DNA of 63,697 nucleotides, counting the filler, from Octopus bimaculoides (taxonomy: Eukaryota): the NCBI RefSeq assembly GCF_001194135.2. It is 5 parts of 5 records of this genome, joined end to end, with 100 filler letters (N's around TTAATTAATTAA, not from the genome) between each part and the next. Parts side by side here need not be neighbours in the genome. Positions count along the whole stretch, not along the records: positions 15,158 to 29,711 come from NC_069000.1; positions 29,812 to 55,947 come from NC_068998.1; 3 more parts are not named here. One strand, 5' to 3'. The notes under the pieces were generated by a model that searched no databases, had not been told where the DNA came from, and saw only the letters and a program-made list of their open reading frames with translations. The position numbers and the translations under genes are program-made. This document shows positions 24,770 to 36,162 of the stretch, piece after piece (within the stretch, counting starts at the first letter, position 1; the number at the start of each line of letters is the position of its first letter).

Positions 24770-25814
24770 ATATATCGTCGGCTCCAGCTCGTATCCGAGC
24801 ACTGGGTTCGTCAGTTTCTAACCAGTTTCCTTGGCAGATGTTTGTGCCGAATGTGACTTTGGAGTCCAAGTCGGTGGTGAAAGAGTCGTGGCCAGAATTC
24901 GCACAGGATAGTAGGTGCTGATCGAGGATGTTGAAGACGCTCCTTTCTTCTCTTGCGTTTTACCTCCTCATTCTGTTGTCTGTTCTGCTCGAAGAAGCTG
25001 GCTCCATTGCGGACAACAGTCCTCCAGGCTGTCCTATCCATGGCAACCTGTTCCCATGAGGATGGCTGGAGATTAGTTTGAGCTGGTCTTTAAAACGGAA
25101 TTTCTAACTTCCTCTGAGTTTTGTTCCGATTGCAAGTTCTCCGTAGAGCATGATCCTCGGGAGACGAGAGGGCTCCATACATTGGATGTGACCTGCCCAA
25201 TGCAGACGATGGGTAGTGAGGTGCAGCGAAAACCTCATTGTTGGTAATGTGATCTTCACATCGAATATTGAGGCTTTGTCGCAGCTTGGATTGCTGGAAG
25301 CATTCAAGGTGCTTGAAGTCACGGCGATACAGCATCCAAGTCTCAGAAGTGTAACGCAGAGAAGAGTTGTCAGAACAATGGCACAGAAGACCTTGATATA
25401 TGTCCGAATGGAAACCGCGTAATTGAAGAATACACGTTGGCTGGGTCTACCCAAGGTGGAGTGGGCCAACGTGATCCGGTTTTCCACGTCTTTTTCACAC
25501 GTAGGGGGGGGGTCTTCGAAAGGATACTCCCAAGGTATGAGAAATGTTCAACTAGCCGTTGATGCTAACGTTCGTGGGTGGACTGTTCTGGCTTGGTGCA
25601 GGCTAGAGCAGGGTCGTCGTCTTTATTGTGTTTACCTGCATCCCGAAGCATTCGTAAGCCACGTTGTAAAGATTGGCTGTCCTTTGTAAGCCATCTACGG
25701 CCCGGCTTGGGGTAGCATTGTCGTCGGCATACTGCATCTCACGAATTGAGATGGTGGAGGTCCTCGTCTTTGCTCGGAGACGTGCGAGATTGAAGAGTCC
25801 GCCATCCAAGCGAT
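24770..25814 (-). mobile_element. RTE-clade (BovB-like) LINE 3' fragment
   Basis: DGGLFNLARLRAKT..REMQYADD, RLHWAGHIQCM..PRIMLYGEL, and a C-terminal C..C..GLQSHIRH zinc-knuckle-like end. Confidence 0.85.
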
Positions 25815-26514
25815 NNNNNNNNNNNNNNNNNNNNNNNNNNNNNNNNNNNNNNNNNNNNNNNNNNNNNNNNNNNNNNNNNNNNNNNNNNNNNNNNNNNNNN
25901 NNNNNNNNNNNNNNNNNNNNNNNNNNNNNNNNNNNNNNNNNNNNNNNNNNNNNNNNNNNNNNNNNNNNNNNNNNNNNNNNNNNNNNNNNNNNNNNNNNNN
26001 NNNNNNNNNNNNNNNNNNNNNNNNNNNNNNNNNNNNNNNNNNNNNNNNNNNNNNNNNNNNNNNNNNNNNNNNNNNNNNNNNNNNNNNNNNNNNNNNNNNN
26101 NNNNNNNNNNNNNNNNNNNNNNNNNNNNNNNNNNNNNNNNNNNNNNNNNNNNNNNNNNNNNNNNNNNNNNNNNNNNNNNNNNNNNNNNNNNNNNNNNNNN
26201 NNNNNNNNNNNNNNNNNNNNNNNNNNNNNNNNNNNNNNNNNNNNNNNNNNNNNNNNNNNNNNNNNNNNNNNNNNNNNNNNNNNNNNNNNNNNNNNNNNNN
26301 NNNNNNNNNNNNNNNNNNNNNNNNNNNNNNNNNNNNNNNNNNNNNNNNNNNNNNNNNNNNNNNNNNNNNNNNNNNNNNNNNNNNNNNNNNNNNNNNNNNN
26401 NNNNNNNNNNNNNNNNNNNNNNNNNNNNNNNNNNNNNNNNNNNNNNNNNNNNNNNNNNNNNNNNNNNNNNNNNNNNNNNNNNNNNNNNNNNNNNNNNNNN
26501 NNNNNNNNNNNNNN

Positions 26515-26545
<31 letters not shown>

Positions 26546-26680
26546 CTTAGGCATTGCGAGAATAATAACCTGTTAAAAAACTCAATATATGTATGCTTTA
26601 GAACGAAGTGTTAGACGAGTATAGACCGGTAATAAAATGGGGTGACAGAGAAAAAATATGTTATATTGTGAACTTCATTA

Positions 26681-26750
26681 GCTTACAGTTGTTTCTGTTA
26701 TAAGATGCATAGTTGAGTGCCTGAATAACATCCTATAGCCTCATCGGAGC
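26681..26750 (-). ncRNA. Degenerate type I hammerhead ribozyme
   Basis: Minus strand: GCT-CCGATGA-GGCTATAGG..CTTATAACA-GAAA-CAACTG-TA-AGC. There is a 3-bp stem I and a near-palindromic stem III, with a core substitution (CCGA for CUGA) and mismatches in stem II. Confidence 0.45.
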
Positions 26751-26769
26751 CTCGAATTTTTTTTTTTTT

Positions 26770-27830
26770 ATTTACCAAGGCCTATTCCCCAAAGGAGGGG
26801 GTAGCCACAAGACACACACAAGGCATTCCATTCATTTCCCAGCTCAAAGAAGCGAGCCCCGTCCTATGCTCGGGTCAAAGCATAGAAAGCAACCCCGATA
26901 TCAGCAGCGGGACCCAATAGCATATGCTGGTTTACCCCGCCACAAACTCTCCAAGCTTTCCTGTCATTTATAAACTCTCTCGCCTAACCACCAAAGTTTT
27001 CTTCCCTCCATCCATCCACAGAAACTGAGGTCTGCCTCTGGTTCTGCTGCCTACCACTTCTACCTTCCTCGCCCTCCTCTCCATGTGGCCAAACCACCTC
27101 AACAATCGTCTATCCATTCTGGTACATAGGTTTTCGCTCATTCCTGCTTGCCTTCGCACCTCCTCATCCCTCATCCTGTCCATCCATGTCACACCANNNN
27201 NNNNNNTGCCTTCGCACCTCCTCATCCCTCATCCTGTCCATCCATGTCACACCAACCATAGCCCTCAAACATCTCATCTCAAACACATCTAGTCACCTCC
27301 TTTCCACCTCTCTCAAACCCTACGTCTTTGTTCCATATAACACTGTCGACACAATCATGCCCTCATACACACTTCTTTTCGCTTTCATACTCAACCTTTT
27401 ATCTCTCAGCATTCCTTTCACAACTCCAAGTATCTTACTCCCCTCCTTCACTCTATATCTCACTTCCTCAGCTAACCCCACCCCCACCCACATCCNNNNN
27501 NNNNNNNNNNNNNNNNNNNNNNNNNNNNNNNNNNNNNNNNNNNGTGATCCCCCCCCCGTACATTCTCTGTCAGGTTCCTCACCCTTACATTCAGAATTCT
27601 CCCATACAGTTTATCAACCACTCATAACAGACTTATACCCCTAAAATTTCCGCACACACATTTATCCCCTTTCCTCTTATACAGTGACACTATACAGGCA
27701 CTGCACCAGTCCTTTGGTACTCTTCTATCCATATAACAAACATTCATATGCTTCACTAACCATTCAATCACTGCCACTTCCTCCTTTCCTTAGGCATTCC
27801 ACTGTATGGATATGACTCTAAACTACATCC
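26770..27830 (-). mobile_element. RTE-type LINE fragments
   Basis: GVTWMDRMRDEEVRR..LRWFGHMER..RGRP..WMDG, plus a heavily decayed RT N-terminus at 27550-27830. Confidence 0.75.
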
Positions 27831-28385
27831 GGTAGTGGGACCTTGGGGCCCTGGTTTCAGGGTTTGAGGAATGTGGAACCACCACTTAGCCACTATTGTT
27901 CTCAGGTTTACTCTAGCCCGGAGTGGTAGCATCTGTAAGGGCCCCAGTTATAGGTTAACTAGCAAACCCTCTTGCGATTAAGGGTGGAAACTGGTAGAAT
28001 GTAGTTGCCGTATTCCTTGCACGGTGTAAGAAGCGACTAAAAGGGGCGGGAGTGAAGGGACTGAGAATCCACTCCTCCTAGTAATTCTGTTCCGTAAAAT
28101 GACAACGAGAAAAAGACAATGGGTTGGGAGAAGGTTAGCACCAAATCCCACCCTAGTACTAGTACTAGCCTCGAATATAAAGCGCAATTTATTTGGTGGA
28201 AAGAATTATATTTGTACAATATATAGGGAAGGCATTAACTGTTAATGCTTTCCTAATATTGCACAAATGTTATTTTGGCACTCAGCTTATGAGTCCACTG
28301 CATCTTATAGCGGTAACATCTGTAGGTTCATGAAGATCATAACCATTTATTCCTTTGTCATCTCATTTTCATATATATACATACA

Positions 28386-28611
28386 CAGTAACCCATCGTT
28401 ATTCGCGGGTATTACGTACCCAAAACCCCGCAATAGGTGAAAATCCGCGAAGTAGAAGCAGTACTGTACTGTATATTTTTTTTAATTTTTATAATTTGTA
28501 TACATTTATTTTATTACAAATGCAAAACAACGCCACGGAGGAATTGGCGTAAGCTTAAATATTAAACCGCGATAAGTGAGCTGCGATATGCGAGATGGCG
28601 AGAGATTACTG
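28386..28611. mobile_element. Tigger/pogo-like MITE
   Basis: TIR-like ends CAGTAACCCATCG..TCGCGG / CCGCGA..CGAGAGATTACTG followed by TA. A second partial terminus is at 29018-29048. Confidence 0.7.
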
Positions 28612-28676
<65 letters not shown>

Positions 28677-29047
28677 NNNNNNNNNNNNNNNNNNNNNNNN
28701 NNNNNNNNNNNNNNNNNNNNNNNNNNNNNNNNNNNNNNNNNNNNNNNNNNNNNNNNNNNNNNNNNNNNNNNNNNNNNNNNNNNNNNNNNNNNNNNNNNNN
28801 NNNNNNNNNNNNNNNNNNNNNNNNNNNNNNNNNNNNNNNNNNNNNNNNNNNNNNNNNNNNNNNNNNNNNNNNNNNNNNNNNNNNNNNNNNNNNNNNNNNN
28901 NNNNNNNNNNNNNNNNNNNNNNNNNNNNNNNNNNNNNNNNNNNNNNNNNNNNNNNNNNTATATATATATATATATATACATACTGTATATATGTGTGTGT
29001 GTGTATATATATATATACAGTAATACCTCACCATATCGCGGTTTACC

Positions 29048-29085
<38 letters not shown>

Positions 29086-29090
29086 TACAT

Positions 29091-29711
29091 ACATGTTTTT
29101 CATACAGAAAGCGAAATCAATTGATCCCGGAATATACGCATTACTTACTTCTGTAGTTCATGTAAGGTAAGCCTATTTCTGTTATGTTTGTTGCGTTCGC
29201 CGTGTGTGTTTTAATAGCGAGTAAACCGTGGTTTTAGAACGATAGCTCTGTTTATAGTAAGTAGTATTCTAATACCCTACTGAATTTTGTTTGTACTTTT
29301 ACCTATAAAGGAATAAACTTGCTAACCAATTTGTTATCATTATTATTATTAATAATGGTAATGATACCTATATAATTTTATATTGTACTGGTCACGTTAT
29401 GTTCTTTTTTTTTTTTTTTTCATGTCGCGGGACATTCATATGAAATAACGCACACGGTGTAATGTGATGAATATTCCAGAAATAGATGATTTGCGTTAAG
29501 TCTGGCTGATGAGCTTTAAGTATGTTTTTCATACAGAAAGCGAAATCAATTGATCCCGGAATATACATATTCCTTACTTCTGTAGCAGTTCATACAAGGT
29601 ACCCCTATTTCTGTTGTTTGTTGCTTTGGGTGTGTGTATTTTAACAGTGCGTAATTTATGGTTTTAGAGTGATAGCTCTGTTTATAGTAAGTGGTATTCT
29701 AATATCCTACT
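29091..29711 (+). mobile_element. Tandem 429-bp non-coding repeat carrying a hammerhead ribozyme (retrozyme-like)
   Basis: About 190 bp at 29095-29281 recurs at 29524-29711 with substitutions (period 429). The array runs into an N gap. Confidence 0.8.
29501..29560 (+). ncRNA. Minimal type I hammerhead ribozyme, complete
   Basis: Stem I TCTGG/CCGGA, core CTGATGA (29506-29512), stem II GCTTT/AAAGC with inner GTATG/CATAC, GAAA (29542-29545), palindromic stem III ATCAATTGAT, and an AUC cleavage triplet (cut predicted after 29555). Confidence 0.88.
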
Positions 29712-29811
29712 NNNNNNNNNNNNNNNNNNNNNNNNNNNNNNNNNNNNNNNNNNNNTTAATTAATTAANNNNNNNNNNNNNNNNNNNNNNNNNNNNNNNNN
29801 NNNNNNNNNNN

Positions 29812-30512
29812 GGGTGACCAAGTTAGTAGTGGGGGTGGGTGCGCTGAAAGTGTAGCTGCTAGAATAAGAATAGCCTGGGCAAAGTTTAGAGAGCTCTTAC
29901 CTCTGCTGGCGACAAAGGGACTCTCACTCAGAGTAAAAGGCAGACTGTATGACGCATGTGTACGAACAGCCATGCTACATGGCAGTGAAACATGGGCTGT
30001 AACTGCTGAGGACATGCGTAAGCTCGCAAGGAATGAAGCCAGTATGCTCCGTTGGATGTGTAATGTCAATGTGAATACCCGTCAGAGTGTAAGTATCTTG
30101 AGAGAAAAGCTGAACGTTAGAAGCATCAGTTGTGGTGTGCAAGAGAGACGGTTGCACTAGTATGGACATGTGGTGAGAATGGATGAGGATAGCTGCCTGA
30201 AAAAGTGCCACACCCTAACAGTTGAGGGAACCCGTGGAAGAGGTAGGCCCAGGAAGACCTGGGCTGAGGTGGTGAGGCAAGACCTTCGTACATTGGGCCT
30301 CACCGAGGCGATGACTACTGACCGAGACCTTTGGAAATGTGCTGTGCGTGAGAAGACCCAGCAAGCCAAGTAAGATCGTTGCCAGTGCCCCTGGACTGGC
30401 TCTTGTGCGGGTGGCACATAAGATGCACCATTTTGAGCGTGGCTGTTGCCAGTACCGCCTGACTGGCCTTCGTAGGATTTTCGAGCGAGATCGTTGCCAG
30501 TGCCCCTGGACT
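29812..30512 (+). mobile_element. RTE-type LINE 3' end with a 115-bp tandem repeat in the 3' UTR
   Basis: ARIRIAWAKFRELLPLL..LHGSETW..GHVVRMDEDSCLKK..GRGRPRKTW. GATCGTTGCCAGTGCCCCTGGACT occurs at 30374 and 30489. Confidence 0.9.
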
Positions 30513-30850
30513 NNNNNNNNNNNNNNNNNNNNNNNNNNNNNNNNNNNNNNNNNNNNNNNNNNNNNNNNNNNNNNNNNNNNNNNNNNNNNNNNNNNNNNNN
30601 NNNNNNNNNNNNNNNNNNNNNNNNNNNNNNNNNNNNNNNNNNNNNNNNNNNNNNNNNNNNNNNNNNNNNNNNNNNNNNNNNNNNNNNNNNNNNNNNNNNN
30701 NNNNNNNNNNNNNNNNNNNNNNNNNNNNNNNNNNNNNNNNNNNNNNNNNNNNNNNNNNNNNNNNNNNNNNNNNNNNNNNNNNNNAAATAAATGAATCTAT
30801 CTTTCAACATTTATCCTATGTATGTATGTATGTATGTATGTATGTATGTA

Positions 30851-30881
<31 letters not shown>

Positions 30882-31422
30882 ATGTATGTATGTTTGTGTG
30901 TATGTATGTATGTATGTGTGCGTGTGTGTGTGTGTATGTATGTTTGTGTGTGTGTGTATGTATGTATGTGTGTGTGTGTGTGTGTGTGTGNNNNNNNNNN
31001 GAAAGCGGACGTTAAACGATGATGATGATGATGATGATGATGAATGACATGAACTTTTGGAAATAAATTTTCGTTTTGTGTTGAGTGCTTTCACTATTTA
31101 CAGATCTTCTAACACAAATATTATGGGTCATGGATTTCTCTATAACAAACCTGTTATGCTTGAAAAGCTAAACAGCGAAAGCGTTTGATGCAATACAAAA
31201 ATTTATTTTCAGAAAGACCATGTCATTCTGATTTTTAAAAAAATTTTTCATTTAATTATTAATTTTGAATTTATGAAAATCTTTTTCAAAAATATATAAA
31301 CTGTTTCTTTCCAGATTTGGCTTCTGTTATTAAATGTGTTGTCTTGTGAATGAATGAAATAAATGAATCTATCTTTCAACATTTATCCTATGTATGTATG
31401 TATGTATGTATGTATGTATGTA

Positions 31423-31453
<31 letters not shown>

Positions 31454-31534
31454 ATGTATGTATGTTTGTGTGTATGTATGTATGTATGTGTGCGTGTGTG
31501 TGTGTGTATGTATGTTTGTGTGTGTGTGTATGTA

Positions 31535-31573
<39 letters not shown>

Positions 31574-31659
31574 AACATGTGTATGTGTGTGGTATGTGTC
31601 TGTCTGTCTAGGTAGGTAGGTAGGTAAGTAGATAGATAGATAGATAGATAGATAGATGA

Positions 31660-32200
31660 ACTTTCTTTATTAGCCACACAGAAGGGACAAAATACAATGT
31701 AGCGATTTTCTTTTTGAAAGATAAAAGAAGAAAATAGAGAAAAAAGGAAGAAAAATTCCAATCAAAAGGGATTGTGTAAAAAAAAACACGACCAATAGGG
31801 ATCATGTATCACAGAACGGAGCAAAAATGTAGAAAACAGATGAGGTTTATCCGTGGAAGGAAAAGCCTACAAAAAAGACCACGGTGACTTCAGGCAGGGA
31901 GGAAAAAACGCATGAAAGCTAAGTACTCTCTATTTGTTCGATTTATAGGATCATGCTCAAAGTGGTTTCGTCATTTACGCATACCATCTTTGCTACATCC
32001 ACCCACCTTTTATTGAATCTTTCATGAGACAAAACTTGCCTTTCTATTTTCACTTTCCTTTTCAAGTGGTACTTGAAAAAGTTGATGAGCGATTGGCCAG
32101 AGAGGAAAGTGTTTGTCTCCAAACCTTTCACTTGAGTCCACCACGCACATTCTTTCACCACAGCCACCAGTACGGTGAAAACAATCATCCACCACTAGTT
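31660..32200 (-). mobile_element. L1/Tx1-like LINE 3' end
   Basis: C-terminal frame VAVVKECAWWTQVKGL..LINFFKYHLKRKVKIERQVL..FNKRWV resembles Tx1-type ORF2 ends (recalled). It is followed by a T-rich 3' UTR. Confidence 0.6.
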
Positions 32201-32830
32201 TTGATAAGCAATATCATTTTGTGCCTGTTGTTATCCCAGTCTGTCATTTTGTGACAGACAGTTATCATGCAGAAAATATGCAATTTCCAATTCCTGACTG
32301 GATAAAAAATTATCAAACTTTGAACTTCTATAACATTTTCCTAAATTTTTATGGCAATAAATGAATCCCAAATTTGGATTCAGCATGAAAAATTACATCA
32401 ATATACCTAATTTGAAAATCTTCAATTAATTCTAAAATTTTTGAATTTGTAAGAGTAACAGAAAAGATCCTAAATATTCTAACTCAATTAGATGACATCT
32501 CTGAAGTAATTAATCTCCAAGATATTTATATGACATTAAATATATAACTTCGTCTATTTACTTAGTCACTCATTCATGACTCCTTGAACAAGTATGACGA
32601 TGTCTATGCATTGTTAATGAGGTTAGAATAAGACAGAATCATGTTGAGGGTTGTCTCCCAGAAAAATTATAACGTCAAATATTCACTAATATTCACTCTG
32701 ATATTTCTTCGTTTTACATGCAAGTCTCTGTTGGATATGGACAGCTTGATCAACAACTGGTAATTTAATTCACTTAGCTAAGTAGCCAGTTAATAAGATA
32801 TCAAAAGATCTACCTTATTAAAAGAACAAG

Positions 32831-32906
32831 ATTGAGAGTGAGAGAGAGTGAGTTATGACATAGCCATACAGTTGTACGGCTATGTCATAACTCACTCTCA
32901 CTCAAT
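32831..32906. repeat. Near-perfect palindrome (22-bp perfect arms)
   Basis: GAGAGTGAGTTATGACATAGCC (32844-32865) - ATACAGTTGTAC - GGCTATGTCATAACTCACTCTC (32878-32899). The arms extend with AG slippage. Confidence 0.9.
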
Positions 32907-32928
32907 CCATTTTTGTATTTGTCTTTCA

Positions 32929-32975
<47 letters not shown>

Positions 32976-33221
32976 CTCATTAGCATTAATCATTTCAAAT
33001 ACTTTTTGAACTGCATCTGATTAAAACAAGGGTGTGTTTGCATCAGCATCCTGGGTAATGTAATACAAAACAAGTATATATATATATAGACTAACCACTC
33101 ATGCTCACATTACATATTAATGTTTACCAATTTTTAAATCAACTTCAATATATGTCAGTGAGTATTCATATAATTGGTTCTGTATGTGTTTGGACGTGCA
33201 TGTATACATGTAATCATCAAC

Positions 33222-33570
33222 ATCATCATTTAACATCCGTCTTCCATGTAGGCACAGGTTGGATGGTTTGATAGAGGCTGTCAAGCTGAAGAGCTGCACC
33301 AGACACTAATTGTTTCTTCTGGCATGGTTTCTTTGGCTGGATGCCCTTCCTAATGCCAACCATTTTACAGAGTGCACCGGGTGATTTTTATGTGATGCCA
33401 GCACAGGTGTTTTTTACATGACACCTGCACAGGTGATTTTTATGTGGCACTAGTGCAGGAACTTTTTACATAGCACATGCTCAAATTCTTTGTCCATGGC
33501 ACCAGCATAGGTGCTTTGTCACATGGCACCTGCACAGGTGCTTTTTCTTGACACCGGCACCAGTGGGATT
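33222..33570 (-). mobile_element. Short interspersed element with a (GAT)n tail and an internal ~25-bp minisatellite
   Basis: CATCATCATTTAACATCCG..GGATGCCCTTCCTAATGCCAAC matches the 3' ends at 45712-45830 and 53340-53516. GCACAGGTG..TTTT..GGCAC units repeat at 33370-33565. Confidence 0.65.
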
Positions 33571-34604
33571 GTCAGGTAGCTTGCAAGATAGAGACCTTTC
33601 AGCTAAGAGAGGGAGTACAACTTATGGTGGTGGCTGTGTGCCAAGCAAGAGGTTCGTGTATAATAGAGGGATAGAGATAAATGTCTTAGTATTGAGGAAT
33701 CACTTGGTTACTCCAGTAGGACAAGGGAGGAGAGGAAGGTGGGAGAGCGTTAAGGAGAGAGAGAGATAGAGAGACAATTAGAGTGAGTGAGAGAGAGAAA
33801 GAGAAATGGATGGTGTTGGAGATATATTGGGGCCTACACACAGGGAAGAGTGGAGAGGGGTAGAGAAGTAGCACAGATGAGATAGAAGGGGATGTTCCAT
33901 GTGAGTGTGAGGAGAGTTGTTGAGTGATGGGGAAGACATGACTGTAGCAAGTGATGGTGAGAGATATTGGAGTGGCTTGGAGGTGTGTATGGTAGATATG
34001 TGAGGGTATAGTGTTGAAGCATGAAGCAAGTGAAGAATGACATGGGGAGTGGAGGCCTTTAGTGAGTGGTGGGTGCATTGGGAAGATGGGTTATGGGGGA
34101 GATTTGACAGATTGTGAATGTGTGTAGGGTGAGGCATAGCCATGAAGGACATACCTGTATGTATAGATGACCACGATTTTACTTAGTTTGGTATGTCCCC
34201 TCAGACACAGCAAAGTCTCAACCCCTCATTATCTTCTCTGAGAGGCTCAACATCTGAGAGACCAGATGAAGATCATTTCCCAACACTTTATCCCATGTTT
34301 TTCTCTGTCTCCTCCTTTCACAAATTCGATATGTATTACATTACTATGCCAGCACAGTCTTCTCTCTTACACACTACATTTGATGCCTCTTATACCTAAT
34401 TTTTCTCTTAAATCATTTACACTCAACAAATTCTATCTGACCCATGCAAGTATGGAAAAGTGGATGCTAAATGATCATATATATATATGATCATTATATC
34501 TTTATATCTCTATGTAAACAAGCGTTCTAACGGTCACTTGGCCATGTAACATCTTAGCTCGTAAGTTACCTCATCATTTCGCATTTGTCTTGCTTTTATA
34601 TGTT

Positions 34605-34693
34605 GGTTCCCTGAGGATGAATATATGTGGAATTCCAGCAGCTCTTACTCCTTTGAAGGAGAGCGCACATATATTTTGAAACGTGTAGGAATT
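34605..34693 (+). ncRNA. Penelope-type minimal type I hammerhead ribozyme with an extended stem II
   Basis: Stem I GGTTCC/GGAATT, core CTGAGGA (34611-34617), stem II GAATATATGTG/CACATATATTT with inner hairpins, GAAA (34678-34681), stem III ACGTGT, and a GUA triplet. Confidence 0.72.
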
Positions 34694-34903
34694 AAAGGAA
34701 CTTTTATTTATATGCGTCTTGCTCCATTTATTGTTATTATTCATATCTTCTCAAAACGTATCACTTTAACTTGGTATCTCTACCTGTAAAACGGCTGCGA
34801 TATCTTGGTTTTTTGTGTAATTTTTGCTACCTATGGTAACGATTAACATATTTACATTGTCAAAGGTTTTTTAAAACTGAGATAATATTAATATATACAT
34901 AAA

Positions 34904-34939
<36 letters not shown>

Positions 34940-34942
<3 letters not shown>

Positions 34943-35185
34943 GGTGTTCAAAAAGTCTCTCAGCAGTAAGTATTTTATTGCAAAATAAATATTTATAAGG
35001 TGATGGGTGAAGTATGTGCTGTAGTTCCATCTTACTGATAGTATGCATTATTAATTTCACTTTCAGTGAGTTGGCCTACAAATGGACAGACAATATTTGC
35101 GCAATATCTCTCGGTGTTGACGGTGTCTTCAAAAAAATGCGCAGGACGAAAAAATTCACTGCAGGGAGACCATTTGAACACCCTA
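34940..35185 (-). mobile_element. Internally deleted Tc1/mariner element
   Basis: TIRs CAGGGTGTTCAAAAAGTCTC / GAGACCATTTGAACACCCTA after TA. The internal remnant TVNTERY..YYQ*DGTTAH matches the QQDGATAH motif. Confidence 0.75.
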
Positions 35186-35187
35186 CA

Positions 35188-35403
35188 CAAACAATTGCAG
35201 CATGGAAGGTATTTATAAGCCATTTAAAAACACAGAAACTGTTAGATTCACTTCAACATTTGAATTTAACTTGGCAAAATATTTTTGACTTTGAAACTGT
35301 GACAAAAATACTTTGACAAATTAAATTCAAATGTTGGAGTGAATCTAACGGTTTCTGTGTGTTTTTAAATGGCTTATAAGCACCTTCCATGCCGCAATTG
35401 TTT
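35188..35403. mobile_element. Foldback/MITE: ~100-bp imperfect inverted arms with a very short spacer
   Basis: AACAATTGCAGCATGGAAGG..CAAAATATTTTTG mirrors CAAAAATACTTTG..CCTTCCATGCCGCAATTGTT. Confidence 0.85.
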
Positions 35404-35473
35404 TTGTTTCAGCACACAATTTCATATCAAGTCACTTGCTATGCAAGTACATCTCCGTAATATATATACATAC

Positions 35474-35546
<73 letters not shown>

Positions 35547-36162
35547 NNNNNNNNNNNNNNNNNNNNNNNNNNNNNNNNNNNNNNNNNNNNNNNNNNNNNN
35601 NNNNNNNNNNNNNNNNNNNNNNNNNNNNNNNNNNNNNNNNNNNNNNNNNNNNNNNNNNNNNNNNNNNNNNNNNNNNNNNNNNNNNNNNNNNNNNNNNNNN
35701 NNNNNNNNNNNNNNNNNNNNNNNNNNNNNNNNNNNNNNNNNNNNNNNNNNNNNNNNNNNNNNNNNNNNNNNNNNNNNNNNNNNNNNNNNNNNNNNNNNNN
35801 NNNNNNNNNNNNNNNNNNNNNNNNNNNNNNNNNNNNNNNNNNNNNNNNNNNNNNNNNNNNNNNNNNNNNNNNNNNNNNNNNNNNNNNNNNNNNNNNNNNN
35901 NNNNNNNNNNNNNNNNNNNNNNNNNNNNNNNNNNNNNNNNNNNNNNNNNNNNNNNNNNNNNNNNNNNNNNNNNNNNNNNNNNNNNNNNNNNNNNNNNNNN
36001 NNNNNNNNNNNNNNNNNNNNNNNNNNNNNNNNNNNNNNNNNNNNNNNNGCCGTATAGCCTTTTCTGTTTGTTTTCCTGTCTTGTTTTTTGTCTGCCACTA
36101 CATTCCTCCATGGCAAGGTTTAATTTGTGTATACAAATTTAATTTGCGGTCCATGGGAAGAG

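Noticed and set aside
30785-31575. Exact ~200-bp duplication including the microsatellite pattern (30785-30990 vs 31360-31570); similarly 27151-27197 vs 27208-27255
   Set aside because: The copies are identical even in hypermutable repeats and are bounded by gaps, so these are most likely unmerged contig overlaps.
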